Shown in pieces: positions 9,158-19,331 of a stretch of 64,000 nt of DNA. Source of the stretch: Flavobacteriales bacterium (GTDB taxonomy: Bacteria; Bacteroidota; Bacteroidia; Flavobacteriales_F; PHOS-HE28); assembly GCA_041745875.1 (NCBI GenBank), contig JBGTIB010000109.1, forward strand, positions 1,976-65,975, in the 5' to 3' direction. The notes under the pieces were generated by a model, which was given only the letters and a program-made list of their open reading frames with translations, did no database searches and was not told the DNA's origin. Numbering within the stretch: the first letter of the stretch is position 1; each line of letters begins with the position of its first letter. Position numbers and translations under genes: made by a program.

Positions 9158-10834
9158 CTAGTCGAGCACCACGCGGCGCACCGCATCGCCATCGGCGAAG
9201 AACAATTTCACCAGGTACACCCCGGACTGCAGACCTTGACGGTCCATGATGACGCGGTCGCTGTTCACCGTGGCGGTGCGCAGCAGTCGACCGTTCACAT
9301 CGAACAATTCGTAGTGGCGGATCGCTGCCGAGGCGCTCACGAAGTACACCTGGTCGTTCGCCGGGTTGGGGTACACATCCACCTGGTGGGATGTGGCCTC
9401 GTTCTCGTTCACCGACACGTAGGTGCAGGCACCGTCCATGTTCAGTGCAGCAACGATGCGCGGGTTGAGGTAACCCATGATGGTATCGATGTACGCATTG
9501 GCCTTAGCCGGGCTCATGTCAGGGTTGCTCAACGAGGAGAGTTCATGGATCGTGAGACCAGGTACCGAAGAAGGCGATGTGGCGATGGTGCTTGTCGGAT
9601 CCCAGAACTGCCATGGGCTGGCCTCATCCTGGAAAGGTGGCGTCCCACGGGGGCGCAACATCGGGAAGAGCCCTTCATTATCGGCGAACACGGTGACGCC
9701 ATCGTAGGTCTGTCCGTACATGCTGCGCGCCTTGTCGGTGAAGGGGTCGCCGCCGGGCAGGTTGGCAAAGCTGTCGTTGTTGCCGTAATCGTTGGCCAGT
9801 TGAATGAAGAGGTTGGAACCGTGTACGGGAACCACGGGTCCCTGTGTGGTGGGCACGATCACAATACCCTCGGTGAAGGGCGCGAAGGGATCGAACACAG
9901 TGTGGAAAGAGACCATGGGTACATCACCCGGCTCCAGCCAGCTGGTATCGGCCAATGCCCCACCCAGGTTCACACAGAATTGCGTTTCGTAGTCGAAACC
10001 ATTGGGCCGGTACAGGGAGAGGGTACCACCGAGACCGGCCAGGTTGCCAACAGTGAGGGTGTCCACATAACTAACGGTGGCGTCGAATGGATCGGGGCGG
10101 AATTTCTCAATGAACAATTCCTCAGGACGGTCCAAAGTGGCATTTGCCAGGGCAAGGTATCCTCCGGTGCCTTCGCCGAGCACGATGAAGCGGTCACCGC
10201 ACAAGGCGTATGGGTTTTCACCTTGACCTACGGTTTGTTTCACGGTGCGTACGAAATGCCGTGTGTCGTGCACGGCGCGATAGATGGCGTTCAACAACTG
10301 TGCGCGACGCTCCTCCTCCGTGCCTGCAGCGGGATTCCAGCCGAGGCGGTAGCTCACACTGGCGGCCACGTATCCTCGCTTGGCCATCCGGCGGCAGATC
10401 TCCACAGCCGTAAGGTCCTTGCGCTGGCCGGTAGGGCTCTGGTTGATGCCGGGGGGCAGCGCATTGCCGGTGTGCAGGTAGATCACCAATGGGCGGTTCG
10501 TCTCGGTGTCCAACGCCTGGTCGGGCTGATACAGGTCGAAGCGCAGGTTGGTCACCTTCACGCCGGTGCTGCCATCGGCGGGGTCGAAGTAGGCAGGTGG
10601 GATGGGGTTGCCAAGCGTAACAGCCGTTTGTAGCGTCTGCACGTCCTGTGGCACCAAGGGCGATCCGAAGTTCGAGGTGAGGAAATCGATGTTCGTACCG
10701 TAGATGATGTCCTCGGTCACCGTGATCTGCGCATCCGTAAAGACCTCGGTCAGGTATCGCTGTGCATGGGCTCCGGAGGAGTAGCCCATCAGCACGACAC
10801 CTAAAGCAATGGGTAAGGTTGGTTTCATGGTCAA
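9158..10834 (-). CDS. T9SS-sorted alpha/beta-hydrolase-like protein (paralog B)
   Basis: Signal peptide; RPLVIYLHTGN...RGYVAASVSYRLGWNP...FIVLGEGTGGYLALA; C-terminal T9SS domain (VDVYPNPANDQVYF...LQSGVYLVKLF...VVLD). Confidence 0.8.
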   Translation of the reverse strand: MTMKPTLPIALGVVLMGYSSGAHAQRYLTEVFTDAQITVTEDIIYGTNIDFLTSNFGSPLVPQDVQTLQTAVTLGNPIPPAYFDPADGSTGVKVTNLRFDLYQPDQALDTETNRPLVIYLHTGNALPPGINQSPTGQRKDLTAVEICRRMAKRGYVAASVSYRLGWNPAAGTEEERRAQLLNAIYRAVHDTRHFVRTVKQTVGQGENPYALCGDRFIVLGEGTGGYLALANATLDRPEELFIEKFRPDPFDATVSYVDTLTVGNLAGLGGTLSLYRPNGFDYETQFCVNLGGALADTSWLEPGDVPMVSFHTVFDPFAPFTEGIVIVPTTQGPVVPVHGSNLFIQLANDYGNNDSFANLPGGDPFTDKARSMYGQTYDGVTVFADNEGLFPMLRPRGTPPFQDEASPWQFWDPTSTIATSPSSVPGLTIHELSSLSNPDMSPAKANAYIDTIMGYLNPRIVAALNMDGACTYVSVNENEATSHQVDVYPNPANDQVYFVSASAAIRHYELFDVNGRLLRTATVNSDRVIMDRQGLQSGVYLVKLFFADGDAVRRVVLD

Positions 10835-10863
10835 TGTAGGTTTTATGTGTTAAAGGTAGTCGT

Positions 10864-13764
10864 TCAACGTTTGTCCAGTTCATAGATGAGTTGAACGTAA
10901 GCAAGGCGTCCGATGTATGGCCCACCGAATACCATGAGCACATTGTTGTTCATGGCCCGGTCGAAGCGTTCGCCATTGGGCACGCGATCGTCGAAGAACG
11001 GTGTGATGCCGAACAGGTTGCTGGCCCCCACCTTCACGGTCATGTGGCGCTCAGGGAACTTCACGTTCACCTGGGCATCCACCATGTCGTAACTGGGGAT
11101 CCGACCCGTGAACTGCGGTGAGCCCTCGAACTCGAATCCCTCAATGAAGCGGTAGGTCACGCCCCAACCCAGGTTGGGCTTGCCGCTGAAGGGAACCTTC
11201 AGATCGTGGCCACTGAAGCTTACGTTGAACTTGTTCTGTGGCGTATTGAACGCAGGGATGATGGGGTCGTCCTCTCCGCTCACCAACTGGTTGTAACTAT
11301 AGTTCGCGGCATAGGTCATGCGCTTGCGGTAGTAATTCACTCCCAGATTGGCGCCCTGGGTACGCACCTGTCCCGTGGAATTGGCCGCCAGCCTGTATAC
11401 CTGTAAGGGACCACTGGGGAAGCCAAAGCTGTCGAAATCCGCACTGATCCCGATGAGGTAGCCGATGAAGTCCGTGTACCAACTGGAGTATATGCCCCCA
11501 TCGATATAGAACTTCTCCCAGTGCGTACCTCGATAACCCACCTCGATGGTGCGAACCTGCTCTGGCCGCAGCCTGTCCAGATTGAAATACTCCAAGCGCG
11601 ATAGCCCTTGCAATAACTGGGGCGCGCTGCGATACTCGTTGAAGCTTCCAAGGGTGATCAGACTGTCGTTGCCTTCCTCGAACTCTCCGTCCACATTGCC
11701 CAGCAGGATCGCGCGCCCCACGTTGTAGTAAAGGTATTGGTCAGCCAGCGTGGGATTGCGTATGGCACTGCTGAAACTGACGCGGAAGGTGCGGTCGGCA
11801 TTGGGTACATACACCAGGGTGGCGGCCGGGCTGAACAGGTAATTGAAGTTCTGGTTCTTGTCCATGCGCAAGGTCACCGTGGTCTTCAATTTCTTGTCCA
11901 TCAGGTCTTTCTACAGGCCGGTATACAGTCCGAATTCCCGGTTCCGTATCACCACATCACCGGTATCCCTGAAGATGGTACCAGCGCTGTTGGGCATGTA
12001 CTGCCTGAAGTTGCCGCCCACGATCACTTCGGCAAAAGCGGGCTTGAAGCGATACTCTCCCATGGCATGTGCCAGTTGGGAGCGGTCGAAGAACAACGAT
12101 CCACCGTCGGTGAATCGCTTGCTTGTGATCTCAGCCAGTTTGTCATCGAATCGTTCGGTGCCTACTTCGTAGCTCGGATCCAGCGCACCGGTATTCAAGC
12201 TGTTCACCGAGTCGGCGACCAACTGATGGAATCCTTGGAAGGCATCGTAATTCTGAGCCACGAAATCGGTGATGAACTGGTCGTACATCTCCGCCGTATT
12301 GATGCCCACAGCATTGGCCTGTGTGGAATTGGCCAACCAGCCAGGCACCGTGGGCAGCAACTGTGGCTTCACCCAGTTCTCCCACAAGGTGAAGTAGCGG
12401 ATATTCCATGCGCTCGTAAGGCCGGAAGCTTCCTGCATGCGCACACCGGTCGTAAAGATGTCATAGGTCTGTCCGGCATCCTCGCCGGTGAGGTAGGCTC
12501 GGAAGAACCATTTGCCTTCCTGTCGGAATTCCAGTCGTTGCTGCCAGAACTGGATGTTCTGAAGCCGATAGCGATTCTCGCCCTGGTACACGGTGCTGCC
12601 GCGGCTGTAGTTGCCCGCTGCGATCACTTCGATGCTGTCCGTGAGCTTGTAGTGCAGCGACACACCCGCCTTCAGATTGTTGGTGCCATAGTCCACCAGG
12701 TCGATCTCGCGATAACCGGGCCTTAGGAACTGGCCCAAACCGGGGTAGGTGCGCCGATCGAAAAGGTTGCGTGTGAAGTCGTTGTTCAGCGTGGTGTTCT
12801 CGTCACCATAGATGTTGATCCCATCATATCCGCCAAGATCGTTGCGGCCTGTGGGCGAATTGATGGTGGGATCGTAGTTCTCCGCATACCAGTCCTCGGC
12901 CCGCAATGCGTAGAGGTTCAATTTGTAAGCGAAGCGGTCCTGGCCGTCCTTGTTCTTGAAGACCTGTGCCCAACGAACTGCGCCTTCCAGCATATCCCGC
13001 TGTCCTCCTTTTGCGCTGATGCTAAGACCAGGGAACATCCATGGGCTCTTGGTGGTCATGTTGATCACACCATTGAAGGCACCCGGACCGAAATAAGCGG
13101 TGCTGGCACCGGCGATCACATCCACCTTCATCACGTCCAGGTCCGAGGCGCCCAGGAAATTGCCCAGCGAGAAGTTGAGCCCGGGGCTCTGGTTGTCCAC
13201 CCCATCGATCAACTGCAGGCTGCGCACCGGGCTGGTGCTGTTGAAACCCCGTGTGTTGATCACCTTGAAACCGAAGCTCGCCGCAACCATATCCACACCT
13301 TTCAACGCACCCAGGCTCTCGTAGAAATCGCCGCTGGCCACTTCGCGAATGGCGATCACATCCATGCTCTCCACGGTGAGTGGTGCCTGTTTCTGCTTTT
13401 CACCGATCCGGCTGCCGATCACTTCCACCTCCTTCATCAACACCTGGTCGGTGCTCAGTTTGAACTTCAGGTTCTGGTCCACGCTCTTGACCTCGATGGT
13501 CTGTGTCACATACCCCAGGAAGCTCACCTCCAATGTGTAAGGCGGAAGTTCATTCAAGGCGATCTCGAACCGGCCATCGATATCGGTGGTGCTACCGATC
13601 GTCGTGCCTTTCAAGACCACCGCCGCACCGATCAGCGTCTCACCGGTATTGCTGTCGATCACGGTGCCACGCAGCTTGTAGGCTTGCGCAAGCGTGGTGC
13701 TGGTCATCAGCGCGAAGGCCACCATGGCCAAAATGCGTGGCAACTTCCAGATGCTTGACAGCAT
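10864..13764 (-). pseudogene. TonB-dependent receptor (CarboxypepD_reg-like domain, plug and barrel) interrupted by one in-frame TAG at 11911..11913
   Basis: ORFs 11911..13932 and 10864..11901 are in the same frame (13932-11901 = 3x677). Only TAG plus AAA GAC CTG separates them. The N-terminal part has a signal peptide from ATG 13764 (MLSSIWKLPRILAMVAFALMTSTTLAQA), YKLRGTVIDSNTGETLIGAAVVLKGT, and plug motifs. The C-terminal part reads as beta-barrel strands. Pseudogene status versus a sequencing error is unresolved. Confidence 0.7.
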
Positions 13765-13921
13765 GTGCGCGTGGATATCCGTTCGTGAGGCTGGCGGCCA
13801 AGATAGTTGGCTGAACGTAACGACGAACATCCTGGTCCGTGGAACGATTACCAGTGGCGGTGCAGGGACCGGATCCGGCGATCGGACCAACGCTGGATCG
13901 CTAACCCCATCTTTGCGGGCC

Positions 13922-15355
13922 ATGGCCATCACCTACACATCGCACGGCGCCGCGGGCACCGTCACGGGCAGCAAGCATTTGATCGAAGTGAGCGCCCGTG
14001 GGACAGGGAGCACGCGGATCCTCCTGGATTGTGGCATGTTCCAGGGTGAAGCGCTGGCGGATGGAACAGGCAAGGACCGCAACCGAAGATTCGGGTTCGA
14101 TCCGGCTTCCATCGATGTGCTGGTGCTTACCCATGCGCACATCGATCACAGTGGTCTGATCCCGCGTTTGGTGCGCGATGGCTTTCATGGGGCGATCTGG
14201 AGTACACCGGCCACCCGCGACCTGTGCGCCATCATGCTGGAGGACAGTGCGCGCATCCAGGAATATGATGTGGAGTTCGATCGTCGCCATGGTGTTCGCA
14301 AGGGCAACTCCTCGAAGTACGCGGAGCCACTGTATGCGGTGCAGGATGTCCCACCGGCACTGGCCTTGTTCCAGTGTGCCGACATCGGGGAGTCCGTTGG
14401 TATAGCACCCGGGGTCAGTCTTCTGTTCAGTGAGGTGGGCCACATCCTGGGCAGCGCAGCTGCGCATCTGATCATCGACGATGGTGACAAGCAACTACGC
14501 CTCACCTACACCGGGGACGTGGGCCGCTATACCGATCGTTTGTTGCCACAGCCTTCCAGGTTCCCACGATCTGATGTGATCATCTGTGAAAGCACCTACG
14601 GCGATCGCGACCATCCCATGATCGCGGAGGCCGAGGAGGAATTGTTCCGGCACGTCCAACAGGTTTGCGTGGAGAACAAGGGCAAGTTGATCATACCTGC
14701 CTTCAGCATTGGCAAGACCCAGGAGATCCTCTACACCCTCAACTCGCTCAGCAATGCTGGTCGTCTGCCACGCGTACCGGTCTTTGTGGACAGCCCCCTT
14801 GCCATCAACGCGACCGATATCGTGCGTCGATACAACAAGTTGTTCCGGTCCGAGGTACGCGAGGAACTTGTGCACGATCCCGACCTGTTCAGTTTCCCCG
14901 GTGTGGAATTCGTGCGCGCGGCCGATCGCAGCAAGCAGCTCAACCAACGTCGCGATCCCTGCATCGTGGTATCCGCCAGCGGCATGATGGAGGCCGGCAG
15001 GGTGCGACACCACCTGTTCCATTCCCTGGCCCATCCTGAGAACGCGGTGCTAGTGGTCGGTTACTGCGCGCCGGGAACCCTTGGCGCGGAATTGCTCAGT
15101 GGTGTGGATCAGGTGCGCATTTTCGGCGAAAGCGTTCCTGTGCGTGCCGCCATCCTGAGCTTGGGATCCTACAGCGCACATGCCGATCGGACGGAATTGG
15201 TACGCTACCTCAGCTGCCAGGAGCCGGCCGATAACCCCCGCATCCTGCTCGTACATGGTGTGGATCGTGCCCGCAACGGACTGCGTGAAAGGTTGGAGGA
15301 CAAGGGCTACCGATCGGTGGAGTTGCCCGCGATCAGAGTCCCTTACACGCTTTAG
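13922..15355 (+). CDS. MBL-fold metallo-hydrolase of the beta-CASP (RNA-metabolising) type
   Basis: HGAAGTVTGSKHL, metallo-beta-lactamase motif LTHAHIDHSGLIP, beta-CASP region, and the late SAHAD motif. I prefer ATG 13922 (MAITYTSHG), since the listed upstream extension overlaps the divergent receptor gene. Confidence 0.85.
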   Translation: MAITYTSHGAAGTVTGSKHLIEVSARGTGSTRILLDCGMFQGEALADGTGKDRNRRFGFDPASIDVLVLTHAHIDHSGLIPRLVRDGFHGAIWSTPATRDLCAIMLEDSARIQEYDVEFDRRHGVRKGNSSKYAEPLYAVQDVPPALALFQCADIGESVGIAPGVSLLFSEVGHILGSAAAHLIIDDGDKQLRLTYTGDVGRYTDRLLPQPSRFPRSDVIICESTYGDRDHPMIAEAEEELFRHVQQVCVENKGKLIIPAFSIGKTQEILYTLNSLSNAGRLPRVPVFVDSPLAINATDIVRRYNKLFRSEVREELVHDPDLFSFPGVEFVRAADRSKQLNQRRDPCIVVSASGMMEAGRVRHHLFHSLAHPENAVLVVGYCAPGTLGAELLSGVDQVRIFGESVPVRAAILSLGSYSAHADRTELVRYLSCQEPADNPRILLVHGVDRARNGLRERLEDKGYRSVELPAIRVPYTL

Positions 15356-15451
15356 GCGATGTGCCGGGAAGGTGAATAAGCGAAGGCTCGGAAAGTTTTC
15401 GATGGACCGTGGTATGGAACGGGTTGCCGATATTGGTACCCTGTCCGGCCC

Positions 15452-17854
15452 ATGCGACTACTGGCAACCGCTTTCCTACTGCTCTTCCTGGTGGCGTTCA
15501 ACGCACTTTTGAACACGCGCCTTGTGCTGGACGGAACACCCGTGCCACCGCTTGGCAGCTTCCTGTCACCGCAGGAAGGATTCTGGTGCAACGCCGAAGC
15601 GGTGGACGGTCCCAGGATCACCGAGGTCAAGCTGCGCGGCCTTTCCGCACCGGTGCAGGTGGCTTGGGACGAAAGCGGTGTTCCCCACCTCTTCGCCCGC
15701 AACGACAGCGACCTCTACCGGGCGCAAGGCTACGTGGTGGCGCAGCTGCGGCTTTGGCAACTCGACTTCATCGCACGTGCGGCCGCCGGGCGCATCAGCG
15801 AAGTGATCGGCGAGCAGGCGCTCGAATTCGATCGGGCGCAACGCCGCAAGGGTATGGGTATCGGAGCGGAGGCCAGTGCCGAAGCGCTCGCCACGGATCC
15901 GCTCATGGGACCCTTATTGAAGGCCTATGCCGATGGTGTCAACCAGTACATCGATGCCCTTCACTACCGTGATCTGCCCCTGGAGTTCAAACTGTTGAGC
16001 TATCGACCGGAGGCCTGGTCGCCTTTGCGTTCCACGCTGATCCAGCAGTACATGGTGGAGAACCTGAGCGGCTCTGACCGCGATGTCGAGGACACCCATG
16101 CGCGCGCCGTCCTCGGTCCCAAGCTTTTCGACCTGCTCTTCCCCGAACGTCCACCCGGCGTAGTGCCCACGGTGCCCACGGACAGCATTTGGCCCTTCAT
16201 CCCGGAGCTGATCGCCCCGCCACCCGACTACGATCCCGGCACCGGTTTCGTCATCGACACGCACGGCAGCGATCCCGCCAACGGCAGTAACAACTGGTCG
16301 GTGCATGGGTCGCGCACCGCAAGCGGCAATGCCCTGCTTGCGAACGACACCCACCTGGGCCTCAACTTCCCTCCGATCTGGATACCGATGCAGTTGTCCA
16401 CGCCGGACCATCGTGTCTTCGGCTTCACCATTCCCGGCGCTTGCGGCGTGGTGATCGGGCACAATGACCATGCGGCCTTTGGGGTCACCAACGCACCACG
16501 CGATACCCGCGACTGGTATCGCATCACCTGGCAGGGCGAGCGACGGAACAGTTATCTGTACAACGAGGAATGGCTCCCGGTGGAATACCGCGTGGAAACA
16601 TACAAGGTGCGTGGCGGCAAGTCCGTTACCGATAGCATCCGCATCACGTTGCACGGACCGGTGATGTACGATGAGCACTTCGGCAACGTGCCTGAACGTG
16701 CACATCTTGCACTGCGCTGGATGGGCCATGAAGTGAGCATGAGTCAGAAGGCCTTGTACTTGATGAATCGGGTGAAGGACCATGCTGGTTATGTGGAAGC
16801 CCTTCGCTATTTCGATGCGCCGGCACAGAACTGGGTCTTCGCTAGCACAGCGGGCGATATCGCCATGCGGGTGCAAGGGCGTTATCCGAACAAGTGGAAA
16901 GGGCAGGGCCGCTTCGTACTGGACGGTACCGATCCCGCCCACCGCTGGCAGGGCTTCATCCCGCATGAGCATATCGCCACGCAGGTGAACCCGGCACGCG
17001 GCTTCGTAAGCAGTGCCAACCAACACAGCGTGGATGAGAACTATCCATACTGGTTCTTCAATTGGCATCTGGAGCACTACCGGAACCGCAGCGTGAACAA
17101 TGCCCTTTCCACAGAACGCCACTGGAACGTGGATGACATGAAAGAGCTTCAGCACAGTGCCTACGACCTGAAAGCTGCGGAAGGTCTGGATGTGATGTTG
17201 CCCATGCTTGATACACTGCCTTTCGACAGTATGGCCCTTGCGACCTACCACGCATTGGCCTCTTGGGATCGCCTAGCCAGGCACGATGGGGAAGAGGAGG
17301 TGCTCTTTCAACTCTGGTTCGACAGTGTGCGCGCCGAACTCTGGAAACCCTTGCAAGAGCACCCAATTCCGCTGGGTGATCCGACCCATTACAACACCAT
17401 CCGGATCCTTGCGGACAGTGCTTTGCGCAATACGGTGGAATTGGCGCTCGACATCGATGTTCAGTCCATTGTGCAACGCGGTTTCATCCTGATGCTGGAA
17501 GCGCGTGTGGCGAATGGTCCAATGACCTGGGGTGCCATGAACAATGCCCGCGTCACGCACCTTGCACGGATCCCAGCGTTCAGCCGGGAGTATCTGCCAG
17601 TGAGCGGAAGCGGCACAGCGATCAACGCACAACGCGGAAACCACGGTCCTTCACAGCGTTTCGTGGTGGAACTGAGCAGTCCACCCAAGGCGTGGTATCA
17701 ACTGCCCGGCGGGCTCAGTGGTAATCCGGGCAGCGTTCACTACGACGACCTGCTTCCCGAATGGCATTCCATGACCTACCGGGAAGTACACTTCCTACGC
17801 ACGGCCCGTGAAGGTGCCGACAAGGGCTTTACGATCACCACCTTCGATCCATGA
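15452..17854 (+). CDS. penicillin acylase family protein (Ntn hydrolase, S45; possible acyl-homoserine-lactone/penicillin amidase)
   Basis: 800 aa with an N-terminal signal/TM. It carries the autoprocessing/nucleophile motif GSNNWSVHGSRTASGNALLANDTHL and a length and layout typical of the family. Confidence 0.9.
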   Translation: MRLLATAFLLLFLVAFNALLNTRLVLDGTPVPPLGSFLSPQEGFWCNAEAVDGPRITEVKLRGLSAPVQVAWDESGVPHLFARNDSDLYRAQGYVVAQLRLWQLDFIARAAAGRISEVIGEQALEFDRAQRRKGMGIGAEASAEALATDPLMGPLLKAYADGVNQYIDALHYRDLPLEFKLLSYRPEAWSPLRSTLIQQYMVENLSGSDRDVEDTHARAVLGPKLFDLLFPERPPGVVPTVPTDSIWPFIPELIAPPPDYDPGTGFVIDTHGSDPANGSNNWSVHGSRTASGNALLANDTHLGLNFPPIWIPMQLSTPDHRVFGFTIPGACGVVIGHNDHAAFGVTNAPRDTRDWYRITWQGERRNSYLYNEEWLPVEYRVETYKVRGGKSVTDSIRITLHGPVMYDEHFGNVPERAHLALRWMGHEVSMSQKALYLMNRVKDHAGYVEALRYFDAPAQNWVFASTAGDIAMRVQGRYPNKWKGQGRFVLDGTDPAHRWQGFIPHEHIATQVNPARGFVSSANQHSVDENYPYWFFNWHLEHYRNRSVNNALSTERHWNVDDMKELQHSAYDLKAAEGLDVMLPMLDTLPFDSMALATYHALASWDRLARHDGEEEVLFQLWFDSVRAELWKPLQEHPIPLGDPTHYNTIRILADSALRNTVELALDIDVQSIVQRGFILMLEARVANGPMTWGAMNNARVTHLARIPAFSREYLPVSGSGTAINAQRGNHGPSQRFVVELSSPPKAWYQLPGGLSGNPGSVHYDDLLPEWHSMTYREVHFLRTAREGADKGFTITTFDP

Positions 17855-18192
17855 GGTTCGTTGCCGCCCTGATACTGACCTCGATGCTGGCCTGGGCCTT
17901 GGGCTTGTTCCTGCCGTTCTGGAGCCTCTCCCTGTCCGCCATGGTCATCGGTTTCCTGGTGCACCCCGGTGGGTGGAAGGCTCTCCTGGCCGGACTGTTG
18001 GCGGGCGCCTTGTTGTGGGGTGGCCTGGCATGGCGGATCGATGTTTCCAATGCTCACATCCTCTCGGGCCGTTTGGAAGAACTCTTCGGGGTGGGCGTCA
18101 TCGGCATGGCATGGATCACTGCTGCACTGGGAGCGCTGCTCGCAGGACTTGGTCTTCTGCTGGGCGACCGCATTCGCCATGCGGTGAGTTGA
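17851..18192 (+). CDS. small hydrophobic membrane protein, translationally coupled to the acylase (ATGA overlap)
   Basis: 113 aa with about four hydrophobic segments. The ATG at 17851 overlaps the acylase TGA at 17852-17854. Codon usage matches its neighbours. Confidence 0.55.
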   Translation: MRFVAALILTSMLAWALGLFLPFWSLSLSAMVIGFLVHPGGWKALLAGLLAGALLWGGLAWRIDVSNAHILSGRLEELFGVGVIGMAWITAALGALLAGLGLLLGDRIRHAVS

Positions 18193-19197
18193 TCACCTGC
18201 CGAATCCCACGGCACGTTTCAATTCCTCGGGTAACTGTGGCAATTTGCGCCGCTCGAACAGGAAGCTGCTGAGGTCGGCGATCTCGCTGAAGATATAGTG
18301 GCTGTCCAGTGCGCCCTTCAGGTAGGCTTTGCCCGTGCTTCCGCCGGTGCCAACGCGCAGGCCGATCATCCGGTGTACCATGTTCACGTGCCGACCACGC
18401 CAGGAAGCCATGCCGTTGTCGATCTCCAGCAGTGCTTGCAGGAAACGGAAGGCCTGCTGGAAGATCGGCTCGTCTCGGTACAGCATGATGAACAGCGCGC
18501 TGCGTGCGGCGGCAGGGGAGAGGCGCCGTTCCGCACTGCCTTCCACGAACAGTGTGCGCCACATCGCTGCATTGCCTTCTTCGCCTTTCACCAAAGTGCT
18601 TGCATACAGTGCTTCCAGTTGATCGAAGAAAGGCGTGCCATTCGTTGGCCAGTACCTGCTTTCCAGGAATGGCATACGCTCCAACCACGCGTTCACCAGT
18701 TCCAACAGTGTCGGCAATTCTTCCAGGGCATCGATCTCTGCTTTGTGCTCGGGTTTCAACTGACTGGTGTAATACTGCCTGCCAAAGCGGGCTTCCATGC
18801 GCAGGCCCAGGCGGGCCTCCAGGATCTTGAACTGCATGCTCTGAAAACCGCTGGCCGGCCGCAACAGATCGCGGAAATCCAGAAAGTCCAGGGGCGTCAT
18901 CGTCTCCATGACGTCCATCTGGTGGACCAGCACATCAAGGATCTTCTTCACGCGCTCCAGGCGATGCACGGCGATGTTCAACTCGCCACCATTGTCGTCC
19001 ACATGTTCATCGGCGAACATGTCGATCACACTGCCCACTTCATGCAGCACCTGCTTGAACCACAGTTCATAAGCCTGGTGGATGATGATGAAGAGCATTT
19101 CATCATGCGCCTTCACGCCATGCTTGTCGCTCTCGGGGGCCTGCGCGCCCAGGATCTTGTCCAGTTGTAGGTAGTCGGGGTAGTACACGTTGCTCAT
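18193..19197 (-). CDS. kynA: tryptophan 2,3-dioxygenase
   Basis: YPDYLQLDKILGAQAPES...HDEMLFIIIHQAYELWFKQVLHEV and downstream TDO-like regions. I prefer ATG 19197 (MSNVYYPDYL). Confidence 0.85.
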   Translation of the reverse strand: MSNVYYPDYLQLDKILGAQAPESDKHGVKAHDEMLFIIIHQAYELWFKQVLHEVGSVIDMFADEHVDDNGGELNIAVHRLERVKKILDVLVHQMDVMETMTPLDFLDFRDLLRPASGFQSMQFKILEARLGLRMEARFGRQYYTSQLKPEHKAEIDALEELPTLLELVNAWLERMPFLESRYWPTNGTPFFDQLEALYASTLVKGEEGNAAMWRTLFVEGSAERRLSPAAARSALFIMLYRDEPIFQQAFRFLQALLEIDNGMASWRGRHVNMVHRMIGLRVGTGGSTGKAYLKGALDSHYIFSEIADLSSFLFERRKLPQLPEELKRAVGFGR

Positions 19198-19331
19198 CGG
19201 TTCGCCCTCTCCGGCCGCAGCGTTCGCAGAACAGGAGGTGGCGCCAAATGTAGCTGCCGGGCTTTCGGCGCTCATGAGGATGGTCACACAAGAGGTGCAC
19301 ACCATCATTCACCCGGTATAACTTTGGGACC

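Noticed and set aside
11911-11913. Stop-codon reassignment as the explanation for the in-frame TAG in the receptor and the in-frame TGA at 43595-43597.
   Set aside because: TGA and TAG both terminate many well-supported genes here at the expected protein ends. TGA ends the TPR/PD40 gene, the kinase, the acylase and the secreted repeat protein at 33241. TAG ends rsmE. A recoded genetic code is therefore not supported.
13765-13921. Possible cobalamin riboswitch in the 157-nt leader of the TonB-dependent receptor. The minus strand contains CCGCCACTGGTAA, reminiscent of a conserved cobalamin-riboswitch core.
   Set aside because: I could not find the B12 box or the GGGAA / GGTG..AA.CC elements, and the match is a single short motif. 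A covariance-model scan (Rfam RF00174) would settle it.
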